From the human T2T-CHM13v2.0 reference genome, Homo sapiens: a DNA stretch of 64,000 nucleotides. A model generated the notes under the pieces. The model made no database searches. It saw only the letters and a list, made by a program, of their open reading frames with translations, and was not told where the DNA came from. The translations under genes and the position numbers were made by a program. Positions within the stretch are counted from its first letter, which is position 1, and every line of letters starts with the position of its first letter. Positions 39,542 through 52,700 of this stretch are shown in pieces. Where the stretch lies: assembly GCF_009914755.1 (NCBI RefSeq), contig NC_060939.1; one strand, written 5' to 3'.

Positions 39542-40076
39542 TGTCACAGGCTGAACTGTGTTTGGTGTTTTTGTTTTTGTTTTCTTAGAAGCAGGGTCTC
39601 AGTCTGTCACCCAGGCTGGAGTACAGTGGCACAGTCAGAACTCACCACAGCCTCAACCTCCTGGGCTTACGTGATACTCCCACCTCAGCCTCTGCCACGT
39701 ACAGGCTGAGTTGTGCACTCCTAAAATTCAAACATTGAAGTACTAGCTGCTCATAGCTCAGAATATAACTGTATATGAATACAATGTTTTGAAAAAAAAG
39801 TGATTAAGTTAAAATGCGTTCCTGAGAGCAGGCCCTGTCCAATACGACTGATGTCATTGCATGAAAAGGAGATTAGATCACAGACATCCACACAGAGGGA
39901 AGTCCGGGTGGAGACCTGGGGACAAAGGGCCAGGGAGAGTGACATCAGTGAAAACCAACCCTGCCAGTACCTTGATCTCGGACTCCTAGCCTTCAGAACT
40001 GTGAGAAGCGGAATTTCTGTTGTTTATGCCACCCCATCTGTGCTACTTTGTTATGGCAGCCCTAACAAACTAATAC
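39542..40076 (+). mobile_element. MLT1A0/MLT1B solo LTR within an L2, carrying an Alu fragment near its 5' end
   Basis: 'ctaaaattcaaacattgaagtact', 'gtgattaagttaaaatg', 'ccttgatctcggactcctagccttcagaactgtgaga', 'tttgttatggcagccctaacaaactaatac'. Confidence 0.85.
39561..39700 (-). mobile_element. Truncated AluJ/FRAM-like right-arm fragment
   Basis: 'cagggtctcagtctgtcacccaggctggagtacagtggc...cctcaacctcctgggct'; flanked by acaggctgaactgtg / acaggctgagttgtg. Confidence 0.85.
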
Positions 40077-42352
40077 TGAGAGTCCAGGATTTCGGTGATC
40101 GCCTCTCAGGGTGACATTTGTGCAGATGCTGTGATGCAGTAGAGGATTGAGGCAGGCGTGGGTTTGGAGGTTGAGCAGGGCAGGCAGAAGGACCAGCATA
40201 TGTTTCTTATGTACATGGCCTTTAACCACAGGCTAGCAACGTTTGCAATCAGTCGTACAATTGCATTACTCCTGGATGGGCATTTTTCACAAAGAAAGCA
40301 AGTTGAGAGGTAAAGACAACTCAACTACATAAACACCTTGTTCCCATACATATTCACGGTAGTACTGCAGGCAAGCATGTGCCTCAGTGCAAATTCCAAT
40401 TGTTACCTGCTACCATCCTTCTGACCTGTTCAGAACTCATTGTAATCTTAAAAGTCACACCCGACTACACCGTCTACTTTATATACTACACCAAGTAAAA
40501 TGGGTACATTTCTAGTGATCTATTTTGTTTGTTTGCAAACATGCTATATTTATTTATTTAAACTTGTTAGACGAACACTATATGTAATTGCAAGTTATAT
40601 CCAACTGTCAGCATATTTTTATTATTTTTTGTTTTACATATCCTTGCCTTGATAAAAACTGTGGTGTCTTACTGTTAGGCTAGTCATCTGATGCCAGTTA
40701 ATTCTGGTTTCTTTTCATGGTTTTTAATTTATATTAATAACCATATCCTCTAGTAGTACTATGGGTATTTTAACAGACTGCTATTATGTGTTGTTCTTGC
40801 AATTTGGCATCAGAAGTTGTCAGTCTGCATTGCAGCACTATTTTGAAACTAATTCAAAGAGGCATTATTCCGCGCTTCTTCACCACAGGCTAAAGGCCTG
40901 CTCGCATCTGGGAACTGCCCAGTGAGAGCTGCAGGCCAAATCTGGCATGAATTTATCCAAAGACTAGGCTTACTGTTCACATTTCAACGCTGAATGGACT
41001 ATTGAATTCCACTACCACCCCCAACCTCTTTCCTTCTTGAAGGTGGACTGTCTCCCATAAAGGAATTTGTAGATTTTTTTATTAACTTGTTAAAATCTTT
41101 GTAATGGATTGCAATTGGGTTTTTTCTTAGGCATACGAAGATAATAGCATTCAATAGGGATAAAGATGCAAGAGACTGGTACATGCGAAAAAGAAGGAAG
41201 AAAATAAACAATTTTCGTATGATTTATGAATGGTAGACTAGTTTTCAGACATAAATGTGATCTAGCTTATTCATCCACAAGTTGACCCAATTTTAAGCCT
41301 ACTATGGAGTAGATCAGAATGCTTTTGACATGTCTTAAAGTAAGTCAGGCCTGTTTCTTTTGCAAAGTTTCTTTGGGACATTTCACCAACATAGATGTCT
41401 TTCCATCAACATGGCTATTGAAATTATAGTCATAATCAAGTATGTAGTATCTAAACGTTCCCTAATTTATTGCTACAGATGCATTCTGTCTTCTCTGGTT
41501 GGCAGGGAGATGTTAGAGGTCGGGGAAGTATGTATAGGCTCCTCTTATTTCATCAGGGCCTCTGAGAGGTTTCTGCTCAGTAGTAAGAGTGCAGCTAGGA
41601 ATTGCTACTTAGTGAATTAATCATTTTCTTCCCTGACAGCTCTGCAAACATTCATCACTGTTGTTTGTTCATCTCAATTTCAAGTTCTACTACTATTATG
41701 TCTCATAAAGACTGGTGTATATACTTTTTGACAAATATTAAAACTTTGATGAAAGATTCTCTATAAGTCAGGTGTTTACAGCAATACTTTATTCTCCAAA
41801 TATCTTTGGAAAGTGAGACAGTAGTAGCAGATGAGCTTCATAAGGACTGGAAAACACTCACTTTCAAATTCCAGCATATTCTGAGCATAGTGCCTACAAG
41901 ATAGTAGGTGCTTTAAAAAATTTGCTGAATAAATGCATGTATACAGGATTTTTATGTGATTTTTATACTACAGTGACTGCAGCTATTTCTATCCTTAGGG
42001 AATAATTTCACATACTTCTTTCTAAAATCAATCTGGATATTTAAAGCAAAGTATTTCATTGATATCCGTTGGGCTAAAAGGGTGAACTCTACCTAAAGGC
42101 ATATTAAGAAGGAGCCAGCAAAACAGAACATTGGCCAAACTGGTCTAGATGAGAAAAACAAAACAAAACAAAACAACTTTTGGGGTTAAAAGCAGCATAA
42201 GAAGGGCCAAGATGAGAAGGAGGCTTGAGAAGGTGGAGAGGTCAAGCAGCCTGGCTGTGGGGCGGGCACTTGTGGAAACACTGGTCACGACAGGGCAGGG
42301 CAGGGAGGTGGAAGGAAGCTTAGTTATGAATAAATCTAACAATTAAAATCTG

Positions 42353-42888
<536 letters not shown>

Positions 42889-43439
42889 CTTGGGAGTGAT
42901 TAATTTACCCCAATCATTTACATTTTAATTTACTCCCAATCATTTAAATGATTAAAACTTAAAAGATTAGTGGCAAATTAATCACTCCAAGACCTCAATA
43001 ACACCTGTGCATTCCCAAAAGCTTGCTGTTCATGCTGTTTGTGAAAAAAGCAAAACAATTGGACAGGGACAGGAGACAGAATGGAAAACAACTAATCTCC
43101 TGGAAATTCACAGAAATCTTAAGAAGGGTTTATTTACGCAAATTTCATGCATAACATTAGGAAAGAAGGTTCAAGTCAGTTTTTGCTAAACTCTCAAACC
43201 AGAGGGGTTACCTCAGCTGATATTCAGGCTACAAATGAATTAGTACATTATTTTATATTAACAGGTATATATCCCAAGTAATGAATATATTGTTAAAGTA
43301 CAATTTTTCTGATTATAACAGTAAAGTTTAAAGTACAAAAATGTATACAATTAATATTAGCAAAACGGAAAAAGTGAAAATTACCTATAATTTCCTCACT
43401 CCCAAAAAGTTACCATTTGTAGTTTGTTATCTATGTTTT

Positions 43440-43875
43440 CAGGTTTTTCACCCCACTCCTTGAATCTCAGTCAGCTTTGTGAGTCACGAGATTCATATTG
43501 ATAAATGACAAGGGTCAAGTTCCCAACCTAGTCCTCAAAAAGCATTGCACACTTCTACTCTTTCTCTTGAAACTTTTCTTTGTGAAATAAACAAGCTCAA
43601 GCCTTAGAGACCACATAAAAGATAAACCAGTTGTCCTAAACAACGCCATCCCAGACTAGCCAGCAGCTGGCCAACTCCCACACAGGTAAGGAGGCTAGCC
43701 AAAGTCAAAGAGCTGCCTCCCCAAACCACAAATGACTACAGACACATGAATGACCTGTCTTGTCCAGAGAAACCACCTAGCTGACCTACAGTCATGAGAA
43801 ATAATAAATGGTTACTCTTTCAAGCCAATGAGTCTTGGGGTGGGTTTTGTTACACAGCAGTAGCTAACTTATACA
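43440..43875 (+). mobile_element. MLT1 (G/H-like) MaLR LTR
   Basis: 3' end 'catgagaaataataaatggttactctttcaagcca...ttgttacacagcagtagctaacttataca'. Confidence 0.8.
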
Positions 43876-43984
43876 TGTTATCTGCAGAAAAATTGAATTC
43901 ACAAAAGCTCAAATTACTTGCTCATGTAACATGCCATATAAAAACAGAATTAAAACTTCAATTCATGTCTCCTGTGTCCAAATA
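43761..43984. repeat. Right (source) arm of the inverted duplication
   Basis: MLT1 3' end (43761-43875) joined to an antisense MIR-like piece (43876-43984); retains the empty Alu site. Confidence 0.93.
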
Positions 43985-43985
43985 A

Positions 43986-44326
<341 letters not shown>

Positions 44327-44617
44327 CTAAAATAGTTTTTATACATTCCTATTTTCTTAAACTTAAAATACTGTACTTAATTTACATTATACATTTTCTG
44401 ATATCGTCAATATAGGATATGATTCTAAATATATATTAAATGTATAGATGGCTTCTCTCTTCCATTTTTATAGTTATTTTTTCTTTCTAGTAAGCTCAGA
44501 TATTCCATTAGATTCTAGATGTTCTCTGAATAGTTTCATGTTAACTTGAGCTCAGAATTTATAAAATAATATTTATTACCTGCCTCTGCAAGTTAGATGT
44601 CTTTAAACAAACATCTA

Positions 44618-44640
44618 TTAGGTTGGTGCAAAAGTAATTA
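44618..44640 (+). mobile_element. MADE1/Hsmar1 mariner terminal inverted repeat, solo half
   Basis: 'ttaggttggtgcaaaagtaatt' matches the MADE1/Hsmar1 TIR start and is preceded by TA. Confidence 0.8.
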
Positions 44641-44789
44641 CAAACACACACACACACTACTGCTCCTTGGATTATGTATCTAGCTCAAGAATAGCCCCAA
44701 TCCTATAGTCATGCATGATCAAAATTGTGAAACCATCATTAACTTATCCTTCTCCATCAGAAACCATCTGTTAATATAGCGAAGACGTC

Positions 44790-45327
44790 TTATAAGTGTC
44801 TCATGTGTTCTTTCTTTGCACTTCATGACCACAGCCGCACCTCTGACAGAAGTTTCTACCTGTATATTGATGCTTTCAAATTCCATCCATCATACTTCTA
44901 GTTGGAGAGGTTGGAAAACTAAAAGCTATAACCTCCAGACTCCTTTGCAATTCTGGATATGGATTAGTTCTGACTTTGAAGCATTTACGCAGGGTTTCGA
45001 AAGCGAGGAAGTCATTACACGCATTGGATCCCTGACTTCTTTTTTGGCTATTTCTATCTGCAAACAAGACTGTGGAAACTGAGCTTTGACAGCAGCAGCA
45101 TTCTAGTGTCCATTCTCCACAGTTTCTGGAGCATCTAGAGGCGGCTGCACCTGCAACCATGGCCTCAGGAAGAGCAGCTTCCCTGCCAGCCCCACCCTTT
45201 TGGATCCTGGGAGCTTCCCTCGAAGGTCAGCCTACGTCCCACTCTTTTGGCTCTCCCAGTGCTTTTGCAAATGCCTAATTCTCTGTATTAAATCCCATTC
45301 TCCTTCAAATGCCTAGAGTTATTTCTA
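44790..45327 (+). mobile_element. LTR33-like ERVL LTR
   Basis: 'ccagactcctttgcaa', 'cctaattctctgtattaaatcccattctccttcaaatgcctagagt'. Confidence 0.65.
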
Positions 45328-45349
45328 AAAATTTAAATAATATAATAAA

Positions 45350-46950
45350 AATTCATCCTGGAATATGGAACTTTCCCTACAAATGGAGAATATAGATTTT
45401 ATTCAAGCATCCCTTCGTTATTTATGGTTGCATTTCTCAGAGTGCAGCTATATCAGGATTAACTGAGTACTAGGGAAAATGCATTTTCCCACCCCTATTG
45501 AATTATAATTTCCAGAGAGGAACTAAACATACGCATTTCAACACCTCAGGGATTCTCATGTACCCTAAAATGTGAGAATCCCTGGTTTATAATAATTGTG
45601 CAAGTGTTAGACTTTTAAAAACTTAATAAATAGAAACTGTACATGTTACATTTTCTGACCCACACAATTAAGCTAGATATTATAACAAAGTATTACATCA
45701 TAAGAAACCAGTAACTGAAAAATTTATGTATCCTACTCACTAAATTGTCTCAAAGAGGAAAGCAGAATAAAATAATGAGTTAATCAGAAAATAATATCTA
45801 TTGGGTCATTACATAACACGAGGTAATGAATGCAGTCAAAGATGCTTTCAGAAGGAAATTTGTAGATGCAAACATTTATATTATTAAACAAGGAGGGAAA
45901 ATGATGAAGTCAAATCAGAAGTTAGAAAAGGAATCATAAAATAAAGACCAAGGAAAGAGGGTGAAAAATAATCATAAAACTAAGGGAAGGTATCAATTAA
46001 TTAAAGAAACAAAGTAGAATTGGAAAATAAACATAAGAACTGATTTATGAGGAAACTGTGGAGTCAATATAAAAGTTTTTACATAAAAATATAAAATAAT
46101 ATGTAAGAATTTTTTGATATTTTGAAAATATAAAAAGATTAGAGTTTTTCTGAGAATGTTTAAATCATCAAAATCATTTCAAAAACATATGTATGTATGC
46201 ATGCATGTGAACAGACAAAAGATAAAGGCAGAAATAAAAATACAATGATTAAAGTCCAAGTAAGATGGCTAGATGATTTTATAAATGCATTTCTTTTTAA
46301 TTTTTCCCATAATAAATAGGAAAGCATGAAAAAGACAGAAAGCTTCTCAATTTGTTGTTAAAGACAATAAATTCAATACCTTAAAATCTAAAAGAGATAA
46401 CACTAAAAAGAGAAAATTCCAGTGCATCTCAATTGTTAATATTAATAAAAAGCATTATTACATAAAATCCAGTTAAATAAAGTACACCATAACATTGAAA
46501 AAATAATCAATAATGATTTAGATTATAAATATAAGGATGGTTTAATATGAAACAGTTTACTGATATTATTCTTTCATAACGCCAATTGGCTGAGGAAGAA
46601 AAATCAGGTGATTATTGAGATGGATTTTGAAACTTGCAAAATTCAATATAGTTTTTTATTAATGCAAGTTATTTTTACTATGTTTCAAATTTTCCTTCCA
46701 TTTATTATTTGCTGTCAAATCACAGCAAAGCTCACATACATTAGTTTGAAGCATATACTTTAAGTTCAAATAACAGATTTGAATGTCTCATATCACTACT
46801 ATTACTTTACATTATTTTAAAAGATTTCGGCAGTTCCACATTCTTTTAAAAGTAGGCAATAACATTATTTGAAGATAATATGAACAACTACCTAGCACCC
46901 CCAAAAAAATAAAATGAAGTATTCTTATACCTAACATGAGAGATGAGTCA
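45350..46950 (+). mobile_element. Ancient L1M/L1ME ORF2-region fragment (degenerate; MER5-like piece near 45430-45590)
   Basis: A-rich; 'cattttctgacccacacaattaagctaga', 'cagaaggaaatttgtagatgcaaacatttatatta'. Confidence 0.6.
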
Positions 46951-46964
46951 ACAAAATCAATATG

Positions 46965-47686
<722 letters not shown>

Positions 47687-47699
47687 CAAATATTAAAAA

Positions 47700-48865
47700 A
47701 TGAATGACTTTTCAAATAATAGATAACACAGTGGAAAAAATCTCAGGTAGTTATAATAAATCTTAAATATTTAAGCATTAACAAAAATATTCACAACTAC
47801 GTTAAAAACATAAAACTTCACTTAAAGCCTAAGTGCTTAATAAATGGAAAGTTATATGAATCAACAAGAAGGGATGATGATATCCTAAACCTGTCTAGCT
47901 TTTCACAAGTTCATTGATAAATTTAATCATTTCTAGTTAAATCTCCACAGTAATTTTTTTCTAAGCTTAACAAAATCATTATAGAACAATCTGAAGAAAT
48001 AAAGAGTTAAAAACAACTGAGAAATTTTTGAAAATGATGATGATGACTCGTGCTATTAAATACTTGGAGAAAATTTTTGTCGTACATGTGTATGACAAAA
48101 AATTTGTATCCAAAATTTATGTTTAAAAAAAACTCTTATGATTCAATAATAAAAAGGCAACCCAGTTTAAAAGTGGATGAAAGATTTCAACAGATATTTC
48201 ATAGAAGCATGTAAAATGATAGTCAATATTGGTAGTCATCCAGAAAATACAAATTAAAACCATAATGAGCTACCACTACTCACACACTAGAACAGTTAAA
48301 ATTCTAAAACACTGACAACACGTGTTTGCAAGGATGTGGTACAAACAGAATTGGTATGTAAAATGATAAAAGCACTTGGAAAAGAGATGGCAATAACTTA
48401 GAAAGTTAAGCATATATTCTCCATATAACCCTCCAATTATAGCAATTCCAATCTCAGGTATTTACCCAAAAGAAATGAAAATATATATGCACAAAAAGAC
48501 TTACACAGGAATGCTCATGGCAGTTCTAATGATGATAGCCAAAAATAACCCAAATGTCCATCAACAAGTGAATGGATAAACAGAATGTACTTCAACCATA
48601 CAATGGAGCACTGCTCAGCAGCTAAAAGAGATAGACTACTGACAGATGCAAAAACATGGATGAATCTCAAGACTATTATGTGGAGTCAAGATACCAGACA
48701 CAAAAGAACTTACAGCAAATTCCAGGAAGGTCCATAAAAGTATTGGAGAGGATTGAAATGTTAAGCATTTTGATCATTTACATTAATTATAATGCATCAA
48801 AACATACACTTAAAATGAATACATTTTATATGTAAATTATACCTATATAAAGTTGACTTTTCTAA
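47700..48865 (+). mobile_element. L1ME/L1MC-like ORF2 end and 3' UTR fragment
   Basis: 'aaattaaaaccataatgagctaccac', 'aggtatttacccaaaagaaatgaaaa', 'caaatgtccatcaacaagtgaatggataaac', 'tgtaaattatacct'. Confidence 0.8.
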
Positions 48866-48960
48866 AAATGAGACTACTAAGATGATCTTAGCTGTCTTGA
48901 CATCCTATGATATATAGTCAATAAATCCCTCTCCATTTTTAGAAGAAACGGACTTTCTTT

Positions 48961-49280
48961 TCTGGGCTTGGTGGTTCATGCCTGTAATCCCAGAACTTCA
49001 GGAGGCTGAGGCTGGTGAAGTGCTTGAGGCCAGGAGTCCAAGACCAGCCTGGGCAACATAGCAAGATGCAGTCTCTACAAAAAAAAAAAAAAAAAGAAAA
49101 ATTAATTAGCCAGGCATAGTGGTGCATGCCTATACTTCCAGCTGCTCAGGAGGCTGAGGTGGGAAGATCACTTGAGCCCATAAGTTCGAGGTTACAGTGA
49201 GCTATGATGACACCACTGCACTCCAGCCTGGGCAACAAGACCCTATCTCTTAAAACAAAACAAAACAAACAAAAACAAAA
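48961..49280 (+). mobile_element. AluJ (Jr/Jo-like)
   Basis: 'cttgaggccaggag', 'gggcaacatagcaag', expanded central A tract, (CAAAA)n tail. Confidence 0.92.
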
Positions 49281-49628
49281 ATAGAGTCTTGAGCCAAGTG
49301 AACAAATGTCCAATGGTGGAATTTGTGAGAATAGAAGAGCAGAAATGCTTTCTTTTCTGGGCAGCTAACATCCTACCAACAGGGGCGCACTCACTGGCCA
49401 ATGCAAGGAGAGTCTAGCTACTGATCTTCCATTTATTCTGTGATACCTAATTAAGTTCAGCTTTCTACCTCTGAATTGAAGGGGCCAGCAAATCATTCTC
49501 ACCTTGTAGCATTAGCAAAGAAAGACCTGCTTTCTGTGTCCAACTTAGCTGCTTTGAGATTGTTAAACTTTGAATTGAAATAAAAGTAAATGCACGTGAC
49601 AGAGAAAGAAGAACTGGAATCAGATACT

Positions 49629-49790
49629 AAGGAAAGAAAGAAGGAAGATTGAGGAAAGGATCCAGGAAGGGAGGGAGTGAGGAAGCAAGGTAGGGAGGAG
49701 GGAGGGAGAGAAGAATAGAGGGAGGGAGGGAAGGAGAGAGGGAGGGAGGGGAAAGAAGGAAGGAAGAAGGAAGGAAGGAAGGGAGGGAGG
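49629..49790 (+). repeat. GA-rich polypurine tract
   Basis: GGAA/GGGA units; explains ORFs 49620-49805 and 49627-49824. Confidence 0.92.
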
Positions 49791-52700
49791 CCTTTGACAA
49801 GTCAAAAAAGATAAGGCAGATCAACAGAAAGACCTTTTTCTAGAACAATTCTGTTTGATTAGCTTGAGGTTACAATTAGCCATAGTTGTTTATCTGGGAA
49901 CTTTTATGAGGCATTAGCCAAAGGCCAATGAGAAGAACCAGTTCTTCTATGAGATGCAAAGTTGCCAACTTTTTTTCTTAAGTTTAATGTTTAAAAAGAC
50001 AGCATCAGAGAGCAGGAAGCACAGACTCTATAAAGTCAGATGATTTTAAGGTTTTCTTAACCCTTTCCAACCTGCCTTTCTCTACCTTGTCAAAATTTGA
50101 GAGGATACCATTTATAGAAAAGTCTCTTTTAATAAAACAAAAATGGAATGACTTAAATGTTACTTATTAGCTATAGTCAAGGTACACGGTACCTACAAGT
50201 CACATATGTAGTCTGAGCTGACTATACGAGCAGGAATTGTTCTCCTAGACTGGGGGATATTTTCTACTAGAGCCACTAGAAAGTCCAAAGAGGCCATAAG
50301 GAACAAGTTAAAGGAGGGGGAGGGGGATTACAGGTGAATGCTCTTGATAGACAGGTCAGAATTAAGTTTCTTGTAATAGCCAAGTACCCATTTCTGACGG
50401 CAACACTGGATTCCGCTGCACATCAGACCAGGGCTCAGCTGGAGCCTGCAGCATCATAAAGCAAACCTGTGTATATGTCTTGAGGCAATTAGAAGATCAA
50501 ACACGTGGGAGAGGTGAGGGGGCTCTGGCTGGGTCTGCAATTGAAACATAGGCCATAAAATTCTGGAAATGAAGGTTTCTCGGCTATCAAGCCAATGATT
50601 GCCACATGCCAGAACATAAACCAGATTGCATAATGAGTAGGTTTTTCATAATTTCCTCAAATTAGGTTTTTATTAATGCCTGTCAACAGCAAATGATAGG
50701 CATGTGTTGCATTAGCAGCTGCTATGGGTCATGCCAACTCTGATATCACAGCTAATCTAAAGCTTACAGTAAGCCACGGACCCATAGGCCCTATTCGAAT
50801 GAAACCTCAAATCGTCTGTAATAAATAAGAAGTCGTCCATTTAGCGTTTCACCGTTAGTGGAAAATAATTGTTGAATGTGGTTTTAAATACATTAAAATT
50901 AATTTTCATCCAAAACCAAATGTCTTCACTTTTCTCCACGGTTTGCAGACAACTTGATTTAGTGCAGGGCCTCTGGTATCTTTCTGGGATATTTCAGGGG
51001 TTCTGGTCTATTTAAGTTCCACCCTCCTTTAGCTTCTCACACATAATCATGAAAGACTTGTTGCTTCCAAAGGGGGATACTGATGATGTGACTGATTTCA
51101 GAGACACAACCTCATGGTGGGCTTCTAGAGAGAAGAACTAGAATGTAATCATTGTTAAGCAAGGTAATAGTTGGACAATCAATACAGCTGAAGATTTTCA
51201 TTTTAATGGAAAATACAGTAAAACGGAGACAAAGATACTATTTTACTAAAAACGAAAACATTTTTATTAATACCATAAATTTAAGGCCCATAACGATAGG
51301 GAACATTCTTATTGATGCAACTTAGTAAAACCTAGACATCTCTGGGGGTGACGGATGTGAGGAGGCCAGGCCTCCAGGCAAAGAAGAAGTCCAGTTTACA
51401 CGAGTGGGATCAGAAAGCCAAGCAATGAAAGAAGAACTTGGAAGCCTGAGTAAGGAAAGGTGGATTTTATGGAACGGAACCCCAAGGTATATTCCTAAGT
51501 GTCCCATATCATGGAGGTAACAGAATTTTTGGCTGATCATTTGAAAGAATGGCTTACGTGAAGGAGAAGATGGAAACAGGACATGGTAGCTGGGAAGTAA
51601 ATCCAGTAATGCAGATTAAAAAACAAACAAACAAACAAAAACCATGAGCTAGGGTAACATATGCAGATGGGAGAAAGTATAAATCGATGTGACATTTTAA
51701 AAGGATTATGGGATATAGTGATTAACTAAGAACAAGGAATTCTGAATTAAGATAGGTTACAATTAACTGAGATCTTGGACCTAAGAATGGAGGGAATTAC
51801 GGTGTTGGCCCATTTTCTTTTTCTTTTTGTAGAAATGGGAAAGGGAGACAGGATTCTCTGCTTGAAGATAGGAGGATGGTGAATTCCACTCTTGGTGGAT
51901 ATAATATTGTAGACCTAGAGCATAGGAGGGAGGGATGCTTTGGGGATGGATGTTAAAGTCAGAAATTTCTTCTACCATAAGGAAGGCCTCCCTATCTGAT
52001 GTGTCTATAATATAAATGATCCTGTTCCACTGGCCACAGTTCATTGAGTCATCTAAGGGTTTAGATTTGGGACTAGCAATTCAAGTTAATCTCTGTGGCT
52101 GGCTTCAACCGAGGACGGGTAAACTCAAAAGTTGTAAAAAACTCATAGAAACAGAGGAAGCTTGTTACTAGCAAGAAGAATACCCAGAGATGTGAAAATG
52201 AAATCGATCCTCAGAGAAGCAGTTTTCAGTTTGAGCAATTATGTGAGCCAATGAAAGAGAGAAAGAGGCTGCCTTGGCTCCTGCCCTCTTTCCTACTTTC
52301 TGCAACAGTCTCTCATCCCAAGTTCTATCATCTCTGTCTACATTTTTTCTCCTCCTTTTTCCTCCTTTTTGTAGAGTAAGCTTTTGTTTGTTTCCATTTC
52401 TAGTAAGAAGAGATTCTTGACTGAGCAAGGCTGTAGACTAGCCACGGTTTGGGACGTCACTAGCTGATGAATAGTGGGTAGGGAGGTTAATAATTCTAGA
52501 AAGATAATGGGAAGGCACACAGGAAGACAGATAAGTATTCAAGGTTAGCAAAGAACTGTAAAGAAAATGAGATAAACCAGGAAGCAAAGAGACCCAGCAG
52601 AAGTTGTGTTTTCAAAAGTCAAGAAACTGGTAACTCTAGCAAGAAAGAAAAGGAAGAGTCCAATGGAAAAGCTGATAACCATATAAACTTGAGCGTTTCT

